From the NCBI GenBank assembly GCA_002269645.1, contig NIVC01001811.1:62001-126000 (forward strand): DNA of 64,000 nt, read 5' to 3'. This DNA is from Macrostomum lignano. Lineage: Eukaryota. The notes under the pieces were generated by a model. That model was not told the origin of the DNA. It saw only the letters and a list, made by a program, of their open reading frames with translations, and searched no databases. Below are positions 1 to 10,886 of this stretch, in pieces; positions within the stretch are counted from its first letter, which is position 1, and the number at the start of each line of letters is the position of its first letter. Both the position numbers and the translations under genes were made by a program.

Positions 1-770
1 GAGTAAGACAGTAAGAGCGGAGAGTGAGACAGTAAGAGTGGGAGAGTGAGACAGTAAGAGTGGGAGAGTGAGACAGTGAGAGCAGGAGAGTGAGACAGTA
101 AGAGTGGGAGAGTGAGACAGTAAGAGTGGGAGAGTGAGACAGTAAGAGTGGGAGAGTGAGACAGTGAGAGCAGGAGAGTGAGACAGTAAGAGTGGGAGAG
201 TGAGACAGTGAGAGCAGGAGAGTGAGACAGTAAGAGTGGGAGAGTGAGACAGTAAGAGTGGGAGAGTGAGACAGTGAGAGCGGGAGAGTGAGACAGTAAG
301 AGTGGGAGAGTGAGACAGTGAGAGCAGGAGAGTGAGACAGTGAGAGCAGGAGAGTGAGACAGTGAGAGCAGGAGAGTGAGACAGTGAGAGCAGGAGAGTG
401 AGTCAATGAGAGCAGGAGAGAGAGACAATGAGAGTAGGAGAGTGAGACAGTGAGAGCAGGAGAGTGAGACAGTGAGAGCAGGAGAGTGAGACAGTGAGAG
501 CAGGAGAGTGAGACAGTGAGAGCAGGAGAGTGAGACAGTGAGAGCAGGAGAGAGAGACAATGAGAGCAGGAGAGAGAGACAATGAGAGCAGGAGAGTGAG
601 ACAGTGAGAGCAGGAGAGTGAGACAGTGAGAGCAGGAGAGTGAGAGCAGGAGAGTGAGTCAGAGAGTAGGAGAGTAAGACAGTGAGAGTGAGGGTGAAAA
701 GGAGTGAGACAGTGAAACAGTGAGAGTAGGAGAGTGGGACAGTGAGAGTAGAATAGTGAGACAATGAGAG
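1..770. repeat. 22-bp purine-rich minisatellite (GAGAGTGAGACAGTGAGAGCAG)n
   Basis: Tandem units are directly visible. They degenerate towards ~770, and the array runs off the window start. Confidence 0.95.
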
Positions 771-1043
771 TAGAAATGCAGGTGATAATACACTTCAGTA
801 TTTAAGTATTTAACTATAAGACAATTAAGCTTTGAGTAAGTAGTTAGTCGACATCAGTTGACCAACTCCAGTTTAACTATTTCGACCTGGACCGGCGCAT
901 CTGCCTGTCTATTCTTAGAATGTTCAGACAGAATTGCACTTTATGACACTTGTCACATTCAGCCTAAAACATTAATTAAATCAAATTGTCCGCTTAAAAG
1001 TACATACATACCTTTTAAAGACTAATTCTAGTGCGTGTGTGTA

Positions 1044-1700
1044 CTCATGAACTCACTCATGAACTCACTCATGATCTCACTCATGAACTGACTCATGATC
1101 TCACTCATGAACTCACTCATGAACTCACTCATGATCTCACTCATGAACTGACTCATGATCTCACTCATGAACTCACTCATGAACTCACTCATGATCTCAC
1201 TCATGAACTCACTCATGATCTCACTCATAAACTGACTCATGATCTCACTCATGAACTCACTCATGAACTCACTCATGAACTCACTCATGATCTCACTCAT
1301 GAACTGACTCATGATCTCACTCATTAACTCACTCATGAACTCACTCATGATCTCACTCATGAACTCACTCATGATCTCACTCATGAACTCACTCATGAAC
1401 TCACCCATGAACTCACTCATGATCTCACTCATAACTCATTCATGAACTCACTCATGAAGTCACTCATAACTCAATCATGAACTCACTCATGAACTCACTC
1501 ATAACTCAATCATGAACTCACTCATGAACTCACTCATAACTCATTCATGAACTCAATCATGAAGTCACTCATAACTCAATCATGAACTCAATCATAAACT
1601 CACTCATAACTCAATCATGAAGTCACTCATAACTCAATCATGAACTCACTCATGAACTCACTCATGAACTCACTCATGAACTCACTCATGAACTCACTAG
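1044..1700. repeat. 12-bp minisatellite (ACTCACTCATGA)n
   Basis: Directly visible tandem units. Explains the THEL/MSEF ORFs. Confidence 0.95.
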
Positions 1701-2056
1701 TTCGCTTAATGGCTCAACTGTTTCTGTTTCTGCCCCCACCCCTCAGCTCTAACGCTTGCCTTTCCGTCTGTTCCGTCACTGGCTTGGTGCCTCTTCTTTT
1801 AACGCTCTGCTTTTTTATTGCTCTCTTGACCTGACCGAAAGCTGCTGCGACCACTTGCGCACTCTCCTTCTCTGCCGTTGGGCTTAAAATTTTTTGCCGC
1901 AATCGATTTGCGGTATCCAGGTGCCCTCCTAGAATTTTTGCGAAAGCTTAAGTTAAACACAAATACAATTTCTCTTACTGACCGATTTTAAGCACAGCTA
2001 TGAGCTGGTCTTCTTTGAGAATATGGGGTGACCCTTTAGCTGGATAGAACTGGGTT

Positions 2057-2303
<247 letters not shown>

Positions 2304-3067
2304 TCCACTTTGACAAGTCTCTCTCCTTTCCTCTCTTCTCTACCTTCAGAAGGAATCGAACTGTATTTCCACTTCGCAGCCCAGTTTCTAACTGGAAATT
2401 TCCAGCACTCGTTGTGCCACATTTCAGCCCTAAAAGTGACTGTTTGTGTGGCCTTGAAGTTCGGCAGGATGCCCTCAGCGGCCTCTCCCTTCCTGCACCG
2501 CCTGCACAGACTAAATTTGATACATTCAAATCGTTTGATCTTGCGGTGTGGACCGATTTTATTGACCGTGCAAAGGCGTTTTTTAAACATTTTTATTTAG
2601 GCTAGGACGAGTATAATACTCTAATTAAATCCCAATCTATAAAGTAAGTTTCGATACATATCGGTGAAGAAGAAGGTGCAATAAACAGTCAAAATTCTCA
2701 GCGCACTAACTTTGCTAATTAAAGATAGTTTGATACAGTTGAATCATTAAGTAGGTTTCTCATGCCGGTAATCTCTATAGCTGAAATTTGAGCGACAAGT
2801 TTTTCCGCAACTTTCTAAGCCTCCGACCAGAAGAAGATCATTGCAACAATTTGCTTTTTTCCCAGGCGGCCTCTAATTTGCTAATTGAAATGGGAGTCTA
2901 TCGAATGTCATAAAAAGTTTTTTTTCGATTTAATTTTATTGCTCTCCGCCTCTTAAAATTCTATATGGATTTCGTGAGGCGCTGATTATGCTACTTATGT
3001 GAGTAGAAAAGCATCGCATTTTGTTACTATTTTTAAAGAAATAAAAACATTTAAAAAAATTTATTAG

Positions 3068-5983
3068 ATGGACGTCATGGCCATCACGAAGAAGATCTCG
3101 GACCTAAACGGTCGCCTTGGCAACATGGTTGCACTGTCCGAGCCCAGAGAGAACCACTACATTGCCTACAAGTGCAAAGGTTCAGCCGAGTTCAACGCCA
3201 TCGATTCGGCAATAAGCAGTTTCGGCTCTGTGCTGGTCTCAGCCACTTACCCCGGCCTGTGCAGACTGGAGCTGCTGGAGCCAACTGCCACGGTGAATCT
3301 CACCTGCCGGGCCCGCCTTCAGGCTGTGGATTATCATGGCCGGATTCGAACTGGGGGCGGCGATCCGGTCACAGCCAGGCTGGAGACTCCGCTAGGCGAA
3401 CTGTTGGAAACTGCCGTTGAAGATGCGGAGGACGGCACCTATTTGGTGCGCTTTGTGCCGCTGTGTGCTGGCAGGCACCGGCTGACTGTCCGAGTGTTTG
3501 ACAGGCCTGTCCGGGGCTGTCCGGTGGAGCTGGACGTGGCCGGAAGGCACCGACCCGTTGCCAAGGTTACCGCTGGCTCGTCCGGCGCCTGTCAGATTGA
3601 AAGGCTGCAGGTGATTTATGGTTTGCTTGCTGACTTTGGGGGGGGTCATTTGACCTTCTCTCCAGACTGATTTTGGGAGAGGTCATTTGACCCTATGTTC
3701 AGACTGCTTTTGGGAGGTCATTGACCCTCTCTTCAGACTGATTTTATGAGGTCATTGACCCTCTCTTCAGACTGATTTTATGAGGTCATTGACCCTCCCC
3801 TCAGACTGATTTTTGAAGGGGGTCGTTTGACCCTCCCCTCAGACTGATTTTTGAAGGGGGTCGTTTGACCCTCCCTTAAGACTCCTTTTAGGAAGGGGTC
3901 AATTGACTTCCTCTAGTGTCTGTTAAAGCAGGGGTTATTTAACTGCTTTTATCGCCTATTAAGGTAAGGGGTCGTTTGACTGCCTTCAGTGCCTGCTATG
4001 GGGGTCATTTGACTCCGAAATTAAGCCTATGGTAGCAGTATTCATTGGGATAACTTTCTACTCATAACATGCTGTCTCATCGCCAGGCCCCGTACGCCGT
4101 GGCCTCGAGCCTGGCCGGGACCGAGGTGTTCGTGTCGGACACTGGCAATTGTCGGATAGCCGTTCTGGACTCGAATCTGCAGTGGCTGGGCGAGATCGGC
4201 AAAGACACAGCGGCCAGCGGCCGAGCGGCTACAGGGCTGGCTGTAGATGCAGCGGGGAGGCTGTGGGTGAGTTGGGTGGGCCATCGGCTGCGTGGAGGAG
4301 TTTTATGGGAGATTATAAAATATTAGATTGTAGAACATGTCGTGTAGCATTAGGCTGTGTAATACTATACTGAGGCGGGACTCAGGCATGGCTCAGGCAG
4401 GGCTCAGTTGGGACTCAGGCAGGACTCAGGCAGGGCTCAGGTGGGACTCAGGCAGGACTCAGACAGGACTCAGGTAGGACTCAGGTAGGACTCAGGCAGG
4501 ACTCAGGCATGGCTCAGGCAGGGCTCAGGTAGGACTCAGGTAGGACTCAGGCAGGACTCAGGCATGGCTCAGGCAGGGCTCAGGTGGGACTCAGGCAGGA
4601 CTCAGGCATGGCTCAGGCAGGACTCAGGCATGGCTCAGGCAGGGCTCAGGCAGGACTCAGGTAGGACTCAGGCAGGACTCAGGCATGGCTCAGGCATGGC
4701 TCAGGCAGGACTCAGGCATGGCTCAGGCAGGACTCAGGCATGGCTCAGGTGGGACTTAGGCAGGACTCAGGCATGGCTCAGGCAGGACTCAGGCAGGACT
4801 CAGGCATGGCTCAGGCAGGACTCAGGCAGGACTCAGGCATGGCTCAGGCAGGACTCAGGCACAGCCTCGAACCGCCCCAAACACCGAAGGTGGCCAACTG
4901 GAAGGAGCGGCAGGTATTCGAACTCGACCCCAGCCAAGATCGAATTGTGTCAACTATCAGCGGCGACTTTCTCGCCGAGCCCGGCCTAGTAGCCGTCGGC
5001 AGCCGAGGCGAGGTTGTTGTGGCCGATGCCGGCTCCGGCCAGGTGCACATCGTTGACCCCGGCAGCGGCTGCCGCGTAGCCAGCATCGGCAACTCCTCCT
5101 CCTCCTCGAGGCGGCTGAAATCGTTGACCGCCCTGACTGCTGATTGGTCGAACTGCGCAGACGGCGGCTGCAGTCTGGTGTACGGACTCGCCAGCGGGGA
5201 GGTCACCGTCTGCGGCGGCGGCGACTGGGCGAAAATCGGCGACCTGCGATGCCAGTCTTCGAATGGCGCAGTGGCCGGATTGGCTGTTGACGAGTTCGGC
5301 CGCTTGTTGGTGGCGAGACAGCCGGGAGTTGTTCAGGTATTTATGGAGAGGGGGTCACAGGGGGGTCGAGGGGGTCAATTGACCCCTCACTGTCAATAGG
5401 AACGTAAGATGCGTTCAAGTGAAAATCGCTTGACTCAGATAGGGGTCAAGGGGTCGTGCAACTCCATAAGAAATACAAGAGGGGTCAAATGACCCCCTTC
5501 TTAAATATAAAAGGGGTCAAATGACCTTTCCGAAATACACTAGAGAAGGTTATATGATTTACTTCTGGATGTTCGAGGGTCAAGTGACTCCCCGATCCGA
5601 ATTCAATACGGGGGTCAAGTGACTCCCCGATCCGAATTCAATACGGAGGTCAAGTGACTACCCCATCGAATTTCAATACGGGGGTCAAATGACTCCCCCA
5701 TCCGAATTCAATACGGGGGGTCAAGCGACTCCCCCATCTGAATTCAATACGAGGTCATGTGACTCCCTATTCGAGCGAACATTACTTTTAATAAAGATTT
5801 GCTAATCTCGATCCCCTTGCCTCGCAGGTGTACACCCGACCGCTTGGCGAGTTCATCTGCGACATTCTGCCGGAGGAGCAGGAGCGCCTGCGGCGTCCCG
5901 GAGGCGTCTGCTGCCTGCCCGACGGCTGGCTTGTGGTGGCCGACACTGCTGGCAATACGGTGAAGAAATTTCGCTACACTTGA
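3068..5983 (+). CDS. 3' part of a filamin-repeat + NHL beta-propeller protein (TRIM-NHL family, TRIM2/3/71-like architecture); exons 3068-3610, 4087-4266, 4890-5336, 5828-5983
   Basis: All four exons are flanked by AG/GT and join in phase 0. Filamin Ig repeat: DYHGRIRTGGGDPVTARL...DAEDGTYLVRFVP..GRHRLTVRV. NHL repeats: VFVSDTGNCRI, GLAVDAAGRLW|VANW, VVADAGSGQVH, GLAVDEFGRLLV, LVVADTAGNTVKKFRYT*. No RING/B-box exons are seen in the window, so they are presumably upstream. Confidence 0.85.
3640..4012. repeat. intronic array of GGTCA-N1-2-TGACC palindromes
   Basis: Recurrent gaggtcattgaccc / ggtcatttgacc units at ~35-40 bp spacing. Confidence 0.8.
4373..4862. repeat. ~10-bp minisatellite (CTCAGGCAGG/CTCAGGCATGG)n in intron
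   Basis: Directly visible. Confidence 0.93.
5355..5770. repeat. intronic array of GGGGTCA-NN-TGACCCC palindromes, ending in a ~35-bp tandem unit
   Basis: ggggtcaaatgacccc and ggggtcaagtgactcccc...gaattcaatacg repeats. Confidence 0.8.
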
Positions 5984-6081
5984 TGACCTCGACAGGACCT
6001 TGCTTTGTGGAATTGATTTTTGAGTGAGTCGATTTTTAAAGATAATATTCGCCCTCCCTTGATGAGATTAATGGATTTTTA

Positions 6082-6680
6082 GTGAGACTCATCGATCTGG
6101 GGTGAGATTAGTCTATCTGTAGTGAGATTCGTCCATTCTGGGGTGAGATTCGTCCATATGTGGTGGGATTCGTTCGTCTGGGTGAGATTCGTCCATCTGG
6201 GGTGAGATTCGTCCATCTGGGGTGAGATTCGTCCATCTGGGGTGAGATTCGTCCATCTGGGGTGAGATTCGTTTATCTGGGGTGAGATTCGTCCATTTGG
6301 GGTGAGATTCATCCATCTGGGGTGAGATTTATCTATCTGGAGTGAGATTCATCCATCTGGAGTGAGATTCATCCATCTGGAGTGAGATTCATCCATCTGG
6401 AGTGAGATTCATCCATCTGGAGTGAGATTCATCCATCTGGAGTGAGATTTATCTATCTGGAGTGAGATTCATCCATCTGGAGTGAGATTCGTCCATCTGG
6501 GGTGAGATTCGTCCATCTGGGGTGAGATTCGTTTATCTGGGGTGAGATTCGTCCATTTGGGGTGAGATTCATTTATCTGGGGTGAGATTCGTCCATTTGG
6601 GGTGAGATTCATCCATCTGGGGTGAGATTCGTCCATCTTGAATAAGGTTCGTCCATCTGGGGTGAGATTCGTCCATGTGG
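6082..6680. repeat. 20-bp minisatellite (GGGGTGAGATTCGTCCATCT)n
   Basis: Directly visible, ~100 bp after the NHL gene stop. Confidence 0.95.
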
Positions 6681-7934
6681 AGGGGGGATTTTGTTTATTT
6701 TTATTTAGTTGCCTCATCAAGTGAGATTTCTCGAAACTGCGTAAAACCTCACTGAGAAATGTGCACTAAATGTACTCAATTAATTTGAATTGCTTGATTG
6801 AGATGTTTAGTTATGCATAAAAAAGTTTTTAATAGTTTTTCACGGTTCGAATTGCACCTTTGAAAACTAGTTGTTTTTCTGTTCTGTTGAGAACATAGTC
6901 AGCTAGAATTAATATTGATTGATTGTGATTTATGCTCAATTCTTGTAGTTGTTGCCATAAATAATTTGTGCAAACAGAGCAGATTTTTTACCTTTAATCT
7001 TTCGTTTAATTTTTTTCATTTTTTGTTATCATTTGCAATCCGGCACTTTTTAAATTTAGCGCCTTTTTAAGTTAGTCCTTTACCTTAACAGCCTACTGAC
7101 TTGCTGATATCAGTAGGCAACTAAGCGCACCAACGTTATTATTTGCTCATTCCGCCTTCATTTAGTAGATTATTAAATTTGTTTTTTTGTTTATTCTTTC
7201 GCCAGTGCAAAGCCAGGTAAATAAACTGTAAAAACTGCTTAAACCACCTTTCTTTATCCGCTGAGGAGCAGGACAGGCTGGAATTTTTATTAAAGAAAAC
7301 AAGTTTGATAAAATAAATGCACAAAATTGTCTGCGCCTGTGCACCCGCTTAGTTAAACAAATTATAATTTGGGTGTTGCTGTTGAATTTTAAGTTATTTA
7401 CTCGACATATCGGTAGGGTATTGTTGGAACTGAACTGAATTTGGGGCAGGACTGCTTTGCCCCCTGCAAAGCCCACAACAGTCACCTTTCCACTTCTCTC
7501 TCCCTTCAATTTTTCAGCAATGCAGTGCGGTTATCTTCTCTTATCTTGCACGGGAGTCAGTTGCGGTGATTACGTAATCTGTCGCGCTTGCTTCGTAACA
7601 TATATGGGATAGGTTAGCAGGTGAGCCAGGCTGCCTGATATACACTACGATAGCGTATATTGGTATTAATAACTTTACTAAATATAATACTGCAAAGTAT
7701 AAATCTTTAATCTGTAGTTCTGTAAGCCTTTTAAAGATTATAGCTTAGAAGTATATTATTTTAGTATAGAAATTACCAAATTTGGTATGTTCAAAAGTTG
7801 AAGCAAAATTTAAGAATGAACAACCAATGAATTATATGTTATATATTTATAATTTTGTAGTGTAACACGCTAATAGAACACATTGGCGGGCTAAAAAAGA
7901 TGTTGAGCAAAATAACAATGGTACATGATGCAAT

Positions 7935-8632
7935 TGTTGTGTCTCGGCCTAATGGCCGCTGGACGGGTCAAGGTTCGGGCCCTCCCCGCCTGAGACACCC
8001 CTGTCCCAGCCCTCACCCCGGCTATTCCTACCCTGTCTCGCTCGGTTCGGCGAGAGTTCGCCTGACCGAACACCCTGGGATCGGCGAGAGTTCACCGTTC
8101 CCAGGTCCCTGCAGATCCCGGCCCCACGCGGCAACCCAGAAGAACGAAAGCTCGAGCTCACCTCCTCTTGATATATCGAGTTAATCACGAAGCGTTTATT
8201 GGCCCGAAGCAGTTATTGGCACGCGAAGGCAGAGGTACGCCGTGAACGCAAAAACAGTAAGAACGAAGCGGACACCAATAGAGAGCAAACGTGGAGCGCA
8301 GCCCGCTCAGGCTAGCATTTAAATAATACACAAAAAAGGGGGAGGGGTGGGGCAGAATGGAGACGGCGAGCCAAACCCTGGGGCCCAGCCGGCTTATCAG
8401 CCAGCCAGCCAATACGAGCAGCCCCAGGGTGAGGCGGGCAACGAGGGAGGGGGGGGCACCCAGATTGGACAGAGATTGGGCCGGGGGCTGGGTGCAAAGG
8501 GCTAGGCCAGGGTTGAGACTTACGCCTCTCACAAACCCTGGCCCGGGCGCGAGACGGGGGACGGGGCGGGGTGGCATGAAAACTGAAAACAAAAGTACGA
8601 GTACATACACACTGGAAGGGCGCAGCCCAACA
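7935..8632 (-). repeat. 3' LTR (698 bp)
   Basis: Near-identical to 15872-16572. TG...CA ends. Carries AATAAA on the minus strand. Confidence 0.97.
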
Positions 8633-8644
8633 TCCTCCCCCTCC
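8633..8644 (-). other. polypurine tract GGAGGGGGAGGA
   Basis: Purine run abutting the 3' LTR on the element strand. Confidence 0.9.
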
Positions 8645-8872
8645 ACGAAAAAGAAGAGGAGAAAGGGGATGTCAAGCAAAAAGCAACGCATGAACAAGCA
8701 AGTCTGAAAAAAAGTTAATTCAAAAAACGACGGCCGAAAAATAACAGAAAAACTTTGACGCGACGCGTGGATATCGCCGGCATTACAAAAAACAAAAACG
8801 AAAAAATGAAAACGGGACACAAACTATTGCGTACGCAAAAATTGAAAACGGGCTTAAGAACGCAATTCTACT

Positions 8873-10549
8873 CTACAATCGGCCAAAAAATCTACTACAG
8901 TTGGTCGCAAACAGTCGAGTCCAGTACCTGCGATCACATTCACTGTCCGCTAGGGCTTCCGGCACGAACTTGATGGCTGTCGGGTCCTTGGGGTCTCCAC
9001 CAAACGGTGCGGCCGATGTCACTAGCAGGCGCTGCCGCGGGAGACGCTTAGCCCGTTGGACCGCTCGCGGGGATCCTCGGCACCGAGCGGACACCTCGAA
9101 GAAGACCCCGTGGCACTTGCTCACCAGCGCGGCCTCGACGGCCTCCGGCAAGTCCAGGTCCTCGGCCAGCATGACGCTCATCGTTTGAAACTCCGGCTGC
9201 CGGAGGAATCCTAGGGCGACCGCCCAGGCAGGTTCGCCGCCTTCAACTCGGAACAAAACCGGCAGGCCGAACTCCTTGGCAAGCAAGAACTGCTCCATCG
9301 CCGCCGTTAACTGGTCCTGGCGCTGCGACCTCTCAGCGTCCCAATTGAGCTCGACTTCGCCGACCGCCACGACACGCGGCCAGCTACCCGCTAGAAATCG
9401 TCGTACATCGTCTCGCAGCGATGGCCACCACGGTGCAGCACTGGCCTTCAGGCCCAGGGCGAACACGATCCGTCGGTCTTGCAGCAGTGGTCGGACAACG
9501 GGACATTCTAGACGCAGGCAGTACGGCGAGTTTACAGCCGCTAGACATCGACGCACGCCACGAAGGTCCTCGGGCTGAATCGACCGGCCCAGCCTCGTTA
9601 GGTATGCCTTTGCATCGACGAGACGCTTAGCCGAGCTGACCTTGCGCTGATTCGGGTCGTCACGGGGGGAGACCTCCTGGACCGTGTCGGCCGGTCGTAC
9701 TTGCTCGGGGTCGACACCCGTTAACTCTTCGGTCGCCAAGTCGCGCTGGGCCGTCAGCGGAGTCTGCGAAAGGTGCGGCCCGTCACTCCCCTCCTCCGGG
9801 CGCCGCGCGAGGCCAGGATCCACTAAGAGAGACAGACCCCGGAGCCTCCCCAACAAGGGACCCCCCAACTCACACAGCTCAAAACCCCGCACAGCCAACA
9901 ACACGCACTCAAACGCCGCCTGCAGCACCGAAGGCGGGACCCTCCGACACCTCCCGGAGCCACCACCAGAACCTCTCTTCCGCCCATACTGATTGCACAG
10001 AAACGACACAGACACTGCTAAGAATCTAGACAACTGCTCAGGCACACTCACACCAGCCCCATCAAGAAACCTCGCCACCTCCTGAACCACCAGGCAAGCT
10101 CCTTCACTATCCCCAGCCCTCAACCGCGCCAGCAGCGCACCCCTCAGCCGCCTACACTCAGCAAGCGCAGCCGGAGCCAATAACTCGGCTGGGATCTCCG
10201 CGTGAACTGGAGCTTCCCCTGCGGCGCTTCCCTTAAGACTAGCCAAAGCTAACCTGACCTGCTCGGGCAACTCAACGTCAGGGGGAGGATTGAAAAAGTA
10301 GGCGTACTTTAACACCCCTTGACACGCTGCCTCTCCAACCCGATCGTATACTTCCCGAAACACTGGGTCAGATAAAACGCACATCGCCATCACGTCTCGC
10401 TGAGACTCCGGAGACTCTACCTCGGCAGGACAGACGCGGGGCCGCTTTGAGTACAGACGACTACACGCTGCCTCAATCTCCGCAGAGTTAGCAGTCCGAC
10501 CCACGCCTAACACGCCATACAAATCAGTCGGTGTCGTTGGCGACGACAT
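8873..10549 (-). CDS. retrotransposon ORF3 (558 aa): HPD-less DnaJ-like N-terminal domain + helical linker + TatD-like (probably inactive) C-terminal domain
   Basis: Uninterrupted ORF between IN and the PPT. J-like part: DLYGVLGV.R.A...EI..A..RL...VLSDP..R.VYDR.GE. TatD-like part: LVDAKAYL, VVAVGEVEL, Q...EQFLLAKEFGLPV, LPRQRLLVTSAAP, D..P.....V..ALA, TNCSRFF. By-eye motif alignment only. Confidence 0.75.
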   Translation of the reverse strand: MSSPTTPTDLYGVLGVGRTANSAEIEAACSRLYSKRPRVCPAEVESPESQRDVMAMCVLSDPVFREVYDRVGEAACQGVLKYAYFFNPPPDVELPEQVRLALASLKGSAAGEAPVHAEIPAELLAPAALAECRRLRGALLARLRAGDSEGACLVVQEVARFLDGAGVSVPEQLSRFLAVSVSFLCNQYGRKRGSGGGSGRCRRVPPSVLQAAFECVLLAVRGFELCELGGPLLGRLRGLSLLVDPGLARRPEEGSDGPHLSQTPLTAQRDLATEELTGVDPEQVRPADTVQEVSPRDDPNQRKVSSAKRLVDAKAYLTRLGRSIQPEDLRGVRRCLAAVNSPYCLRLECPVVRPLLQDRRIVFALGLKASAAPWWPSLRDDVRRFLAGSWPRVVAVGEVELNWDAERSQRQDQLTAAMEQFLLAKEFGLPVLFRVEGGEPAWAVALGFLRQPEFQTMSVMLAEDLDLPEAVEAALVSKCHGVFFEVSARCRGSPRAVQRAKRLPRQRLLVTSAAPFGGDPKDPTAIKFVPEALADSECDRRYWTRLFATNCSRFFGRL

Positions 10550-10886
10550 GGTCCTCCTGCAATGATGACATTTAAACCCAATCACTACCTATGCCTTGCG
10601 GACTAGCAACTGTGACCCTGACCTGACCCATCCTATGACATGTTTATTTTACAATACGATTGAGAACGCTTCTTGCCTAGCATACTTTGTAATTTTAATA
10701 CATTTAATGTTTTTTACGTGCTTTCCATGCGTTCCATTTTATGATTTTTTTGTGCTTTGGGGTTGTATCATTTTTTTCATTTTAGGTTATTTTAGGCTTT
10801 CTACCATAGACAACAGCGTGGAGGCATTAATACAAGTGCATATTAAAAATCAATTTATGACGACCGCCTTGTGAGCCCACTGCGAA

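Noticed and set aside
7139-7509. Short minus-strand ORFs between the NHL gene and the Gypsy
   Set aside because: AT-rich, no recognisable domain, and no consistent exon chain could be built.
7891-8820. ORFs within the LTRs (7900, 7949, 8185, 8357; duplicates at 15795-16674)
   Set aside because: They are GC-rich LTR sequence without recognisable domains, and the 1-nt indels between LTRs break them differently.
8873-10549. ORF3 as an env glycoprotein
   Set aside because: No signal peptide, transmembrane anchor or errantivirus fusion/furin pattern is visible. It matches J/TatD motifs instead.
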